A stretch of 29,406 nt of DNA from an uncultured Gammaproteobacteria bacterium (lineage in GTDB: Bacteria > Patescibacteriota > Microgenomatia > Daviesbacterales > UBA10151): assembly GCA_964522265.1 (NCBI GenBank), contig CAZFVS010000002.1, positions 5,577 through 34,982 on the forward strand, in the 5' to 3' direction. Within the stretch, counting starts at the first letter, position 1. The number at the start of each line of letters is the position of its first letter. Shown here one piece after another: positions 13,659-23,545 of this stretch. The translations under genes were made by a program, and so were the position numbers. Below the pieces are notes generated by a model. The model was not told the origin of the DNA. It was given only the letters and a program-made list of their open reading frames with translations, and did no database searches.

Positions 13659-14345
13659 ATGTTTGACGAAACGAAAGAAGAATCCCTTAAAAAACCTATC
13701 ACCAAAGAAACTAGAGAATGGGAATCTGGCTTAGACGTTATTTTGCCAATAAATGGAGCAGATTTACCAGATTTTAAGGCATGGGTCAATTGGAATGGAT
13801 TCCATTTAGATAGAGGAACAGGCGAAGGCCATGATGGATATGATTTTTCTGCTTACTTGACCACAGACGACAGGGTTATTTTTGGTCTTCCTGCTGATAC
13901 CAAAATCAGGGCTGTGGCCGATGGCAAAGTAGCACAAGTATTAGATGATCCAGAAGCAGTTGGAGGAGGCTATGGAGTTATGATAACTCTTGAACATGGA
14001 ACGCACAACAGCGGAATGTTTTCTCAGTATATCCATGTTAAACCTTTAATCGATTATGGTGTTGAAGTTAAAAAAGGCGATGTGATTGCAGAATTATATA
14101 AGGACCCCGAAGCCAAAGAAGGAAGATTAGTTCATCTACATATAAGATTAGTTAGTGGTTGGGGTACCAGAAGAACCTCAATTATGGGCGGAGGCAGAAA
14201 TATAAGAACAGATGATCCTAAAGTCTTGTCAGAAGAAATTTATAAATATACCGCAAATCCCCAAGGTTCAGCTCAATTTAGTATAAAAGAAGTGCCCCAT
14301 GTAAAAATAGAGACTGCAAACTTTAGTAGAGTTAGAGTAAATTAG
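13659..14345 (+). CDS. M23 (LytM-type) metallopeptidase family protein, no obvious signal peptide
   Basis: HxxxD motif GEGHDGYDF and HxH motif LVHLHIRL, with GDVIAEL between them. Confidence 0.75.
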   Translation: MFDETKEESLKKPITKETREWESGLDVILPINGADLPDFKAWVNWNGFHLDRGTGEGHDGYDFSAYLTTDDRVIFGLPADTKIRAVADGKVAQVLDDPEAVGGGYGVMITLEHGTHNSGMFSQYIHVKPLIDYGVEVKKGDVIAELYKDPEAKEGRLVHLHIRLVSGWGTRRTSIMGGGRNIRTDDPKVLSEEIYKYTANPQGSAQFSIKEVPHVKIETANFSRVRVN

Positions 14346-14365
14346 TATTAATGAGAGTTCTATCT

Positions 14366-15061
14366 TTACTCAACCGGAGTATATACTTTTACAGCCACAA
14401 CCAAAGCCTGGTTATCCTGTTTTTTGAATTTTAATCCCTTTGTATTAAAAAAATTAATACGCTTAAATCCTATATTTTCCAGCGTTTTTTGGAGTTTTTC
14501 AGTCTGATAGTAACGCAATGCCCAGGGATGATTTTTTGCAGGATCTTTTTGTACCCCTGACTCATCTATTGGTATCTGGAAAAATAACTTACCTTTATAA
14601 TCTAAAACCCTAAAACTTTCTTTCAGGTAATTTATAAAAATTTCCCTGGGCAAATGCTGAAAAACCAGTATCGATATCAACAAATTAAAGTTATTGTTTT
14701 TAAAAACCTTTAAATCTTTTCCGTTAGTAACTGCAAAACACACATTATTTTGGTTAACATATCTTTTGGCCAAATGAACCATTGATGCTGATATATCTAC
14801 ACCCGTACAACTTTTAATTTTTTTATATAAAGCATACTCCATCCTGCCCACTCCGCAGCCTATATCCAAAAGTCTGGTGTCTTTATTTATCAGTTTTAAC
14901 TTTGTCAATGTAGAAACAAACTCAATCCCTCTGTTAAAAACTTCTGCTGGTGTCGCAGCATCTTCCAAAACAGCTTGCCAAGGATGGACTAAACCAGCCA
15001 AATACCAGTAGATTTTTGACGGTAAAAAAGCAGCTGTCAGGTAATTCAATCTCTTAAACAT
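14366..15061 (-). CDS. class I SAM-dependent methyltransferase
   Basis: Motif I LLDIGCGVGRM, then FNLLISILVFQHL. Confidence 0.8.
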   Translation of the reverse strand: MFKRLNYLTAAFLPSKIYWYLAGLVHPWQAVLEDAATPAEVFNRGIEFVSTLTKLKLINKDTRLLDIGCGVGRMEYALYKKIKSCTGVDISASMVHLAKRYVNQNNVCFAVTNGKDLKVFKNNNFNLLISILVFQHLPREIFINYLKESFRVLDYKGKLFFQIPIDESGVQKDPAKNHPWALRYYQTEKLQKTLENIGFKRINFFNTKGLKFKKQDNQALVVAVKVYTPVE

Positions 15062-15124
15062 AAAGGCATTTTACACTAAAAATATCCTATGGTTTGATGT
15101 AAAATATTGAAAATGCAGTTTTAT

Positions 15125-15199
15125 GCCGATGTAGCTTAATGGTAAAGCAAACGCTTCGTAAGCGTAAGAGTGACGGTTCGATTCCGTCCATCGGCTCCA
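15125..15199 (+). tRNA. tRNA-Thr (anticodon CGU), CCA encoded
   Basis: GCCGATG-TA-GCTT..AAGC, anticodon loop TTCGTAA, T arm GACGG-TTCGATT-CCGTC, acceptor CATCGGC-T-CCA. One mismatch at the top of the anticodon stem. Confidence 0.88.
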
Positions 15200-15268
15200 C
15201 AAACAAGTAGCAACAAAACAAATAATTATCTATAATTAACTAAGGTATTTCGTATCTAATTATTTATT

Positions 15269-16000
15269 ATGCAAAAATATAAATCAGCATATAAACCGCG
15301 TTCACTAAGAAGACTCGAAAAAAGAAGTAAGAGAAATATTGTAATAAGTTTAGTCATCATGTTTGGTCTTTTCTATCTTTTGGTCAGCTGGGGACTACCG
15401 GCTCTGATCGGGAGCCTGTCTTTCTTAAATAGGTTTAAGCCGATTATGAAGATAGAATCTGCATCCAAACAGGTAGTCATAGCTCCGCCTGTTTTGAACA
15501 TCCCTTTTGAAGCCACAAACAGTGCTGGTATTATAATTTCAGGTTATTCAACACCTAAATATAAGGTTGAGATCTATTTTAATGATGATTTAAAAAATAC
15601 GGTCGAGGTTCAGGATGATGGCCGTTTCCAAACTGAAACTATATTGCTTTCTTCCGGCATAAACAATATTTATGGAAAAACGATCGATCCCAGTGCCAAT
15701 AAAAGCCTTTCTTCTAAAACCATTAAGCTAATTTATAGCAACGAAAAACCTAAACTCGAGATTACCGAACCTACAGATGGCCAGCGCATCCAAGGTGGAG
15801 ATAAAAAAATAAGAGTCTCCGGCAAAACTGATGTTGATAACTCGGTTACCATCAATGATGTCACTGTAATCATTAATACTGATGGTAATTTTTCTAAAGA
15901 AGTTAACCTAAATGAAGGTGAAAATACAATTACTATTTTAACAACAAGCCTTGTGGGCAATGTAACAAAAATCGAGAGAAAGGTTTTTTATTCACCCTAA
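15269..16000 (+). CDS. membrane-anchored protein with Ig-like (Big-type) beta-sandwich repeats
   Basis: Basic N-terminus plus a TM segment (IVISLVIMFGLFYLLVSWGL). Two repeat-like segments follow, ending in ...GINNIYGKT and ...GENTITILTT. Confidence 0.6.
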   Translation: MQKYKSAYKPRSLRRLEKRSKRNIVISLVIMFGLFYLLVSWGLPALIGSLSFLNRFKPIMKIESASKQVVIAPPVLNIPFEATNSAGIIISGYSTPKYKVEIYFNDDLKNTVEVQDDGRFQTETILLSSGINNIYGKTIDPSANKSLSSKTIKLIYSNEKPKLEITEPTDGQRIQGGDKKIRVSGKTDVDNSVTINDVTVIINTDGNFSKEVNLNEGENTITILTTSLVGNVTKIERKVFYSP

Positions 16001-16024
16001 ACCAGTGCCAAGCTTTTTAACAGG

Positions 16025-17080
16025 TCAACTCACCCAATAATCATTAATATACATTACTGCAAATGCTGAAAGCAGCATTATTGAAACCAGCTGGTATGCA
16101 AAAATAAAATGCTGATTTTTAATTTTTGCCATTAAAATAAAAATCGGAAATATGGGTAAAATAAATCTTGGCATTGACATTAAAGTTGGTGTAGCCAGTG
16201 GAAGAAGTAATGAGATAAGTCCATAGACCCCATACGAAAAAGGTAAGAATCTAAAACTCCTCAAAACCATCCCTATTAAAAAAATGGTAAATATTAAATC
16301 GATTGCCATATTAGGATATTTCAACAATAATCCTGGAAAAGATACCACACGCAAGGTTTCCCATATATTCAAGCCAGGCATAGCTAAACTTCTCATCCAA
16401 TGAAGCTGCGAGGTCAGAAAATAAAAGGGGTCGCCTGTTTTTGAAAACAGATATAGGCAATAACTTAAAAATCCCGTAGGAGCAATTAAGATGAGCCATT
16501 TTTTACGGTGCAAAGAATGATTTGATAAAATATCCACCATGAGGGCTAAAACAACAGCCAAACCCGCAAGTCTGGTGGCTGAAGCTAAACTTGCGAAAAT
16601 AACTGAAAAAAGTATTTTTTTCTTTTTTAAATAGTAAAAACTCAACATGACAAACAGAATAAATAATCCTTCTGAGTAAGACATCAAGAGATAAAATGAT
16701 GTCGGAAATATAAGCATGTAAAAAACTGCTTTTGCAGCCACTTTTTCCTTTAAGTCTGTTTTTGCGAGCCCGTAAAAAACATTTATCGCCAAATAAGATG
16801 ACACAATGCTTATCAAAACTGCGGAAATTAAAAAGTTTTGTGTAATAATCGAAATAATTCTGACAACCAGCGGATAGAGGGGGAAAAATGCATACTGAAA
16901 ATTTTGAGTATAACCATTTCTTGCTATACTTAGATAATGCATGCCGTCCCAGTTTGCCAAACTCTGAACAAATTTTTCTTTCGTACCGTTACTAATCGAA
17001 AAATAGCTGAAAAAAAGGATAAATATGACAGTAATTAGCCAAAAAGTGAAGTATATTGTAATATTCTTTTGGATTTTCAT
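16025..17080 (-). CDS. polytopic membrane glycosyltransferase (GT-C fold, PIG-V/mannosyltransferase-like)
   Basis: About 9-10 TM helices. The N-terminal loop motif ANWDGMHYLSIARNGY is typical of PIG-V-like mannosyltransferases. Confidence 0.6.
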   Translation of the reverse strand: MKIQKNITIYFTFWLITVIFILFFSYFSISNGTKEKFVQSLANWDGMHYLSIARNGYTQNFQYAFFPLYPLVVRIISIITQNFLISAVLISIVSSYLAINVFYGLAKTDLKEKVAAKAVFYMLIFPTSFYLLMSYSEGLFILFVMLSFYYLKKKKILFSVIFASLASATRLAGLAVVLALMVDILSNHSLHRKKWLILIAPTGFLSYCLYLFSKTGDPFYFLTSQLHWMRSLAMPGLNIWETLRVVSFPGLLLKYPNMAIDLIFTIFLIGMVLRSFRFLPFSYGVYGLISLLLPLATPTLMSMPRFILPIFPIFILMAKIKNQHFIFAYQLVSIMLLSAFAVMYINDYWVS

Positions 17081-17084
17081 AACT

Positions 17085-18035
17085 CTAGTTGAATTTTTTA
17101 TTCAAAATTATATTAATAATATATTCATCAGAGACTTTTTTATTCTTTTGAATATTTTTTCTTTTTTTAAGTAGTTTAGGAAGATTATATAAAATATATG
17201 CTTCAGCTTGAATACCCTGCCACAACAGTCCTTTACCGCTCAGGTATTTTATTGTATTAATATTTACTAAAATAATTTTTAGCCAGTTAAAATTATGCAG
17301 CAATAAAGATTGTGGAAAGTTTTTAATAATGTTTGCCATCATATTCCTAAAATTTAAATATTCAACAAAATCAAGATTTTTTGAAGACGCCATTCTCATG
17401 TGATATACAACAGCCCTTGGTTCATACCAACCCTGAAACCCGGCCAGTTGAGCCCTGAAGAAAAAATCTGCATCCTCCATATACATAAAATAGTCTTCAT
17501 CAAAATAGCCAATCTTTTCAAAGACTTCTTTTTTAATTAAACAGCTCCCCCCGCTAGCTAAAAATATATAACCTGATTTATCAAATTTAATAGAGTTTTT
17601 TTGACCTAATCCACAAAGAATCAGGTGTCCGACAGAATCCATGTCATCACCCACACTATCGATTAGATCCCTTTTATAATAATTAAATCTTTTAGCTGTT
17701 AAAAAACTAACGTTTTGTTCATCAGCAGTTTCCACCAGGTATTTTAAAAAATTTTTATCAACTTCAGTATCATTATTTAAAAGTACTACATATTTTCCCT
17801 GAGATTTTTTAATGCCTTCATTAACAGCTTTTGCAAAACCATAATTTTTATTCAGCTCAATTACTTTAAATTCTGGACATTTTTTTTTGACATATTCAAC
17901 CGAGTCATCCTCAGATCCATTGTCCACCACAATTACCTCAAACCCTTTAAAACTTTGTTTTTTTAAAGATAACAAACAAACCTTTAGTAGCTTCAACCCA
18001 TTCCAATTAGGTATAATGATAGAAACACTTTTCAT
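17085..18035 (-). CDS. family 2 glycosyltransferase
   Basis: VSIIIPNWNG...FEVIVVDNGSEDDS...LNNDT...YMEDADFFFRA are GT2/GT-A signatures. Confidence 0.85.
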   Translation of the reverse strand: MKSVSIIIPNWNGLKLLKVCLLSLKKQSFKGFEVIVVDNGSEDDSVEYVKKKCPEFKVIELNKNYGFAKAVNEGIKKSQGKYVVLLNNDTEVDKNFLKYLVETADEQNVSFLTAKRFNYYKRDLIDSVGDDMDSVGHLILCGLGQKNSIKFDKSGYIFLASGGSCLIKKEVFEKIGYFDEDYFMYMEDADFFFRAQLAGFQGWYEPRAVVYHMRMASSKNLDFVEYLNFRNMMANIIKNFPQSLLLHNFNWLKIILVNINTIKYLSGKGLLWQGIQAEAYILYNLPKLLKKRKNIQKNKKVSDEYIINIILNKKFN

Positions 18036-18101
18036 AGATTCTGAATTTATATCATATTATAACTTGATTTATGAAACTTATGTCATTAAAATCTTCATGC
18101 C

Positions 18102-19007
18102 TTGATAAATTTTATAAAGCTAGCAGTACTGACAGTTTTTTGGGGGGATAACGTTAATGATTATTTCATCCGCTATATTAGCGGAGCAAACGATATCCTT
18201 AAAAATAATTCCCGCAGACTCAATTTTAAATTTTATTTGCTTGATAATTCTCCTAAACCCACCCTCAAAACATTTATTTATAGAAATAGGGTGCACATAA
18301 ACAAAAATATTACAATACTTGAAAAAAATATTGATGGTTTTGGTAAAGCTAATAATTTTCTTAATAAGATATCTAAGAAGAATTTCAACCCAGATTATAT
18401 TTTGTTGTTAAATCCTGATACTGAATTCTACTATAAAAATCTCTCCAGATTAATAAATACAATCAGAAGCTCACCAGACATATTTTGTGTTGAAGCTAAA
18501 CAGTTCCCATTTGAGCATACTAAAAATTTTGACAAAACAACCCTGGAGACTTCATGGTGCTCGGGTTGCTGTCTTCTTGTTAACACTCATCATTTTGATA
18601 AGCTAAACGGTTTCGATGAAACATTCAAAATGTATGTTGAAGATGTTGACCTTTGCTGGAGAGCGAAAATTCTTGGTCTAAAATGTCTATATCAACCAAA
18701 ATCTACCTGTATCCACCATACATATGGATACAACAAGAATAATTTCATTAGACAGTTTTATAGTGTCAGAAATAATATGATAATGCGATACAGATTCGGA
18801 GGGCTAAAAACTCTTATAAGAGGAATCTACATCAGTTTTGTTGCTTCCTTTTTGGCCTTCAAAAATCAGAAATTTAAAGAATGTTTAAATATACTCCATG
18901 CACTTGTAAGCGGAGTAATCTCATCCTTTTTTAAAGTATCCCGGTCATCGCAATCAAAAAAATACGATTTTATTTTCGTCGGTTTTGACTACAGAATGAA
19001 ATTATGA
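18102..19007 (+). CDS. family 2 glycosyltransferase-like protein (TTG start)
   Basis: LAVLTVFWGD..., LLLNPDTEF, GFDETFKMYVEDVDLCWRAKILG. Confidence 0.7.
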   Translation: MINFIKLAVLTVFWGDNVNDYFIRYISGANDILKNNSRRLNFKFYLLDNSPKPTLKTFIYRNRVHINKNITILEKNIDGFGKANNFLNKISKKNFNPDYILLLNPDTEFYYKNLSRLINTIRSSPDIFCVEAKQFPFEHTKNFDKTTLETSWCSGCCLLVNTHHFDKLNGFDETFKMYVEDVDLCWRAKILGLKCLYQPKSTCIHHTYGYNKNNFIRQFYSVRNNMIMRYRFGGLKTLIRGIYISFVASFLAFKNQKFKECLNILHALVSGVISSFFKVSRSSQSKKYDFIFVGFDYRMKL

Positions 19008-19942
19008 AAAACGGATCTTCTAAGTTAGTATCAATAATAATTCGGACTCATAATAGACCTGAATTCTTATCCAGGGCAGTAGAAAGTGTTTATTCCCAAG
19101 ATTATTCACCAATAGAAATCATAATCGTAAATGACGCAGGCAACAATGTTTTGCATATAATTGAACATTTTAGGAATTTACCCAAGAGTCAAGTTGAAAG
19201 GATAATCAATTACACAGTTAATCAAACTAGAGTTTTTCGTGCTTCATCAGCCAATATAGGGTTAGAACTTGCCCAAGGAGATTATATTGGTTTCCTTGAT
19301 GATGATGATTATTTCATTAAGAATCATGTTTCTGAACATGTAAGAATGCTCGGAAAAGACAACTTTTTCTCAATTTCAAAAGCAGTAGAATCTCTTGAGC
19401 ATAATCCCAATAATGAAAGTTTTAGAGAGAAAGAAAAGCTGTATTTCTTTCCCAGTAAAATAAATAAATTAAATTTCTTTTTCTTTGCTAATTACTTCCC
19501 TAATAATACGATCATGTTTAACAAAAAAGTTTTAGATAAGATTGGGAAATTTGACCCTAACTTATTTGTATTAGAGGATTGGGATTTTTTTATAAGGTTA
19601 TTTTTAAATTACAAACCTGCCTTTATAGAAAAGACTACTTGTGTTTTTACAACTAGAGGGTCTTTACATAATATCCGCCTATCTGAAAAGTATAAGAGTA
19701 ACTGGCGTGAATCATTTAAATATATAAAAAATAAGTACCGGCAAACCTTTAGCTCATCAGAGGTAACCGTTCCAATCTCAGAGGTCTCTGAATTTTTAAC
19801 AGATTACGCCATAGAGTGGTATGATTTCTATAAAGAATATGAGTTACTAAGAAAGTCTTATCTCTATAAATTTTTTAGAATTTCTAGGAAATTTATCAGA
19901 GGGCTACTGTTTCTAAAAAGAATAAATTCAGAAACTACTTAG
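19004..19942 (+). CDS. family 2 glycosyltransferase
   Basis: VSIIIRTHNRPEFLSRAVESVYSQDYSPIEIIIVNDAG...FLDDDD...EDWDFFIRL. ATGA overlap with the preceding GT2 gene. Confidence 0.85.
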   Translation: MKNGSSKLVSIIIRTHNRPEFLSRAVESVYSQDYSPIEIIIVNDAGNNVLHIIEHFRNLPKSQVERIINYTVNQTRVFRASSANIGLELAQGDYIGFLDDDDYFIKNHVSEHVRMLGKDNFFSISKAVESLEHNPNNESFREKEKLYFFPSKINKLNFFFFANYFPNNTIMFNKKVLDKIGKFDPNLFVLEDWDFFIRLFLNYKPAFIEKTTCVFTTRGSLHNIRLSEKYKSNWRESFKYIKNKYRQTFSSSEVTVPISEVSEFLTDYAIEWYDFYKEYELLRKSYLYKFFRISRKFIRGLLFLKRINSETT

Positions 19943-20722
19943 TCACTTCAAATAATATTTGACTACGTTTTGTGGTTTACCTTGCTTTAATATTTTACCC
20001 GAATCAATCAATAATACTCTTTGACAAAAGTTTTGAACCAATTCTAAAGAATGCGATATCAATATTATGGTAACACCCTGATTTTGAAATTTAGTTAATT
20101 GGTCATAACATTTCTGTTGGAAGGAAAGATCTCCTACGGCCAATATTTCGTCAATTAAAAGAATTTCGGGATTTGCCTGAATACCAATCGAAAAACCAAG
20201 CCTCATATACATTCCTGACGAATAGTGCTTAACTGGGGTATCAATAAATTCCTCCAGGCCGGAAAAAGAAATAATATCATTAAACCTCTCATCAATTTCT
20301 TTTTTAGTTAAACCAAGAATGGTTCCATTTAAATAGATATTTTCTCGCCCTGTTAGTTCCGGATGAAAACCAGCACCTAGTTCAATTAGGGGGCTTATTC
20401 TCCCATTTACCAAAACATTGCCTGTGGTTGGTGTCAAAACCCCAGCTATTAATTTTAAAATGGTACTTTTCCCCGACCCATTGTTTCCAATAATACCAAT
20501 TGTTTCCCCCTTTAAGATATTAAAGTTTATGTCTTTTAAAACCCAAAAATCTTCTTCCAGTCTTGGACGGAAAATATCCAGAATTGCCTGTTTCAAATAA
20601 ACTCTTCTGCCTTTTTTGAATTTTTTTGATACATTACGGAATTTTATGGCTATATTTTTTTTCATAAGCTTAAATAACATCTGCAAAAAATTTTGATCTT
20701 TTTTTGAAGTAAAATATTCCAA
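19943..20722 (-). CDS. polysaccharide/teichoic-acid export ABC transporter ATP-binding protein (Wzt/TagH-like, short form)
   Basis: Walker A GNNGSGKST, signature YSSGMYMRL, Walker B ILLIDE. The likely true start is the internal Met (MKKNIAIKF, about 20665), just after the permease stop. Confidence 0.9.
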   Translation of the reverse strand: MEYFTSKKDQNFLQMLFKLMKKNIAIKFRNVSKKFKKGRRVYLKQAILDIFRPRLEEDFWVLKDINFNILKGETIGIIGNNGSGKSTILKLIAGVLTPTTGNVLVNGRISPLIELGAGFHPELTGRENIYLNGTILGLTKKEIDERFNDIISFSGLEEFIDTPVKHYSSGMYMRLGFSIGIQANPEILLIDEILAVGDLSFQQKCYDQLTKFQNQGVTIILISHSLELVQNFCQRVLLIDSGKILKQGKPQNVVKYYLK

Positions 20723-21461
20723 TTAAAAAAATTAAAACTGAAATTATAGCTGAGTATAGAAATTCATAAGTAAAAGGACTGCTACCAAATAGTAGCGAAT
20801 ATCTATAGGCATTTATAATTCCGGTCATCGGATTTATAAAAAAAAGTAGTTTTAAATTTTCAGGAATAAGTTGTGGTGAATAGATTACCGGAGTAAGATA
20901 AAACCAAATTGTCATAAATACTGGTTGTACATTTTCTATATCACGAAAATAAACATTCGTCGCAGAAAGTATTAATGCAATCCCAAGCATTAATATAATT
21001 TGAAAAAAAAGAATGATCGGTAAAAACAGAAATGAGATTTTAAAAGCTATGCCAAAGTATAGGAGGAAAAAAAATAATACAACTGAGGTAAGAATTAAAT
21101 CAATAATTTTAGAAGCTACTGTGGCAATAGGAAATATTTCCCTTGGTAAAAAAATTTTTGTCACAAGTGAAGCATTAGATATGATACTACCCGTAGATGC
21201 TAAAACAGCATTAGTAAAGAATGTCCAGGGGACTAGTGCTACAAAAAGGAAAACTGGGTATGGAACTCCGTTAGTTGGTATTTTAAACAGTTTAGAAAAT
21301 ATCAGACTTAAAACCAGAAGGTTTAGTAACGGTACTAAAATAGCCCAGGCATAACCTAAAATAGACTGTTTATATCTTGCTTTTATTTCTCTTAGGGTCA
21401 GCTGCCAGAATAAATCTTTGTATAAAATCATCATCAAATAATACCATTCAAACCCTCGCAT
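20670..21461 (-). CDS. ABC-2 type polysaccharide export permease (Wzm/TagG-like)
   Basis: Six predicted TM helices. The N-terminal LTLREIKARYKQSILGYAWAIL motif is typical of ABC-2 permeases. Confidence 0.88.
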   Translation of the reverse strand: MRGFEWYYLMMILYKDLFWQLTLREIKARYKQSILGYAWAILVPLLNLLVLSLIFSKLFKIPTNGVPYPVFLFVALVPWTFFTNAVLASTGSIISNASLVTKIFLPREIFPIATVASKIIDLILTSVVLFFFLLYFGIAFKISFLFLPIILFFQIILMLGIALILSATNVYFRDIENVQPVFMTIWFYLTPVIYSPQLIPENLKLLFFINPMTGIINAYRYSLLFGSSPFTYEFLYSAIISVLIFLIGIFYFKKRSKFFADVI

Positions 21462-21481
21462 CTCAACTCAAATATATTGTC

Positions 21482-22714
21482 TTATCGGCCACGGAGAACA
21501 TTCCTTTGAATATATGCAGCAATAATAATGACGCTGAAGATATCTGAAGCAACTGTCACCCAAGCTGCAGCCAAAAAACTAAACTTCGGGATAAATATCA
21601 AATTTAACAAAATATTGAAAAAAAGTGATGCTAAAGATAATTTAACTACTCCTCGCAGGTAACGATCAGTAGATAGGATTATTTGTGATAAAGGTATATG
21701 TATAAACATAAAAGGTATAGACAAGGATAATATTTTAACTACCTCTATCGAGAACAAAAACTTAGGTAAAAAAAGCTTGATAATTCCAGGCAAAATCACC
21801 AGATACCCAACAAGAACGATAACACCCAATCCTCCCATAAATTTTAAAATTTTAAAATAAATATCTTTAAGGTCGGTATTTTTCCCATCATGCAGTTTGG
21901 CAAGAACCGGAAATAATGCGATTGATAAACTTGATGGAACAAATATTATAGCCTCTAAAAATTTATAAGCAGCTCCATAAATTCCGGTGTCATAAGAACC
22001 CTTTAGATATGAAAGCAAAAGTGTATCAATTTTAAAATATAAAAGTCCCAAAACTCCGAGTAAACCATAAGGCAGCGATCCAAGTATTATCTCTTTGAAC
22101 AGATTTTCTTGAATTTTAGAAAAAAGCGGTATTTTTTGTTTTATAAGGAAGAAAGATAAGCATAAAACGTAAATTATCTGTCCTAAAACAACAGCTGTCA
22201 CTGCTCCAAAAATACCAAAACCCCTACTGACTAAAATGAAACCCGTGACTGCAGAAAAAATATTAAAAATCACTAAGCTGATAGCTGAAAAGGATAATTT
22301 TTGTAAGGCAACAAAAGCGCTATCCAGGCTAATTGCTACAGCCTGTGGAAAAACTGCCAAAACTGCTATTAAACTTAAGGCCACCCTCGTTTTGGATGGA
22401 TCAATGTTATACATTAATAAAGCAAATAAGGCAAAAATCACAGCCATTAAAGTAACCCGCAGGAAAATTACATTTGACAAAATTTCCGGCAAGCTTTTAT
22501 GATCTTTTGCAACCTCTCTAACTACATACCTTGATACACCAAAATCAGCAAAGGAGGAAATCAGGGAAAAATACGAAAGGGCAACGCTGTAAAGCCCGAA
22601 ATTTTCAACTCCTAAATTTCTTGCAAGAAATATGACATAAAAAAAAGAGATAATTTTAGTCAAAATCTGGGCAATAATCAACCAGGAAGTATTCTTAAAT
22701 ATTTTATTATACAC
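21482..22714 (-). CDS. MOP-superfamily oligosaccharide flippase (Wzx-like polysaccharide biosynthesis protein)
   Basis: A 410-aa polytopic protein. The N-terminus NTSWLIIAQILTKIISFFYVIFLARNLGVENFGLYS is typical of Wzx/polysaccharide biosynthesis proteins. GTG start. Confidence 0.8.
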   Translation of the reverse strand: MYNKIFKNTSWLIIAQILTKIISFFYVIFLARNLGVENFGLYSVALSYFSLISSFADFGVSRYVVREVAKDHKSLPEILSNVIFLRVTLMAVIFALFALLMYNIDPSKTRVALSLIAVLAVFPQAVAISLDSAFVALQKLSFSAISLVIFNIFSAVTGFILVSRGFGIFGAVTAVVLGQIIYVLCLSFFLIKQKIPLFSKIQENLFKEIILGSLPYGLLGVLGLLYFKIDTLLLSYLKGSYDTGIYGAAYKFLEAIIFVPSSLSIALFPVLAKLHDGKNTDLKDIYFKILKFMGGLGVIVLVGYLVILPGIIKLFLPKFLFSIEVVKILSLSIPFMFIHIPLSQIILSTDRYLRGVVKLSLASLFFNILLNLIFIPKFSFLAAAWVTVASDIFSVIIIAAYIQRNVLRGR

Positions 22715-22777
22715 AACAGATAGTTTACCAGAAAAAGGTATACCGGGTTAGTAATCCGGAAGGTTTCGCCAAATTTG

Positions 22778-22849
22778 TGGACCCGAGAGGACTTGAACCT
22801 CTGACTTTCTCAATGTGAATGAGACGCTCTACCACTGAGCTACGGGTCC
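22778..22849 (-). tRNA. tRNA-Val (anticodon CAC), no encoded CCA
   Basis: The reverse complement reads GGACCCG-TA-GCTC..GAGC-G-TCTCA-TTCACAT-TGAGA-AAGTC-AGAGG-TTCAAGT-CCTCT-CGGGTCC-A. Confidence 0.92.
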
Positions 22850-22912
22850 ATACACGGCGGGCAGGTGTGAACGAACACGACAACTAACTATGCATCTTAC
22901 CACTTCTGGCTC

Positions 22913-23545
22913 TTGTCCTCAAACGTTCTGTTTGAGATAATATCGATTATTGTGGAACCTGAAGAACTGAAAGCCTCACCCGAAGAAAAAACCTCTCTGG
23001 GTATGCATATCGTTGATTTCATCCAAACTTTAGTGGTCTTTGCGGCAATCGGAAGTTTTATTTATTGGCAGATAGCCCAACCACATAAAGTTTCCGGTCT
23101 TTCGATGTTTCCTAACTTTCATGATGGGGATTATATTGTTACTAATAAAATTAGCTACAAGTTTGATCCGCCTAAAAGATTTGATATTGTGGTATTTAAA
23201 AACCCAAGGGACAAATCACAGGATTTTATCAAGCGGATCATTGGATTGCCCGGCGACAGGTTTAAAATTTCCAATGATGGTATTGTCTTGAATGGTAGTG
23301 CCTTACAAGAGCCTTATTTGCAATCTGATATTAAGACAGATCCTGGATCAACCATAAAGGAGAATGAAGAGGTTACAGTACCACCAGACCAATACCTGGT
23401 TTTGGGTGATAATCGAACCCATTCATCTGATTCTAGGGATTGGGGGTTTATCACCAAAGAAGAGATTATCGGCAAAGTCTTTTTGCGTTATTGGCCTAAA
23501 GAATCAATCGGAATTTTTCCAGCTTCTAACTACCCAAAGAATTGA
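22913..23545 (+). CDS. lepB: signal peptidase I
   Basis: TM anchor, catalytic Ser box SGLSMFPNF, KRIIGLPGD, and GDNRTHSSDSRDWGF. TTG start per the track; an internal ATG about 90 nt downstream (MHIVDF, about 23003) is also possible. Confidence 0.88.
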   Translation: MSSNVLFEIISIIVEPEELKASPEEKTSLGMHIVDFIQTLVVFAAIGSFIYWQIAQPHKVSGLSMFPNFHDGDYIVTNKISYKFDPPKRFDIVVFKNPRDKSQDFIKRIIGLPGDRFKISNDGIVLNGSALQEPYLQSDIKTDPGSTIKENEEVTVPPDQYLVLGDNRTHSSDSRDWGFITKEEIIGKVFLRYWPKESIGIFPASNYPKN

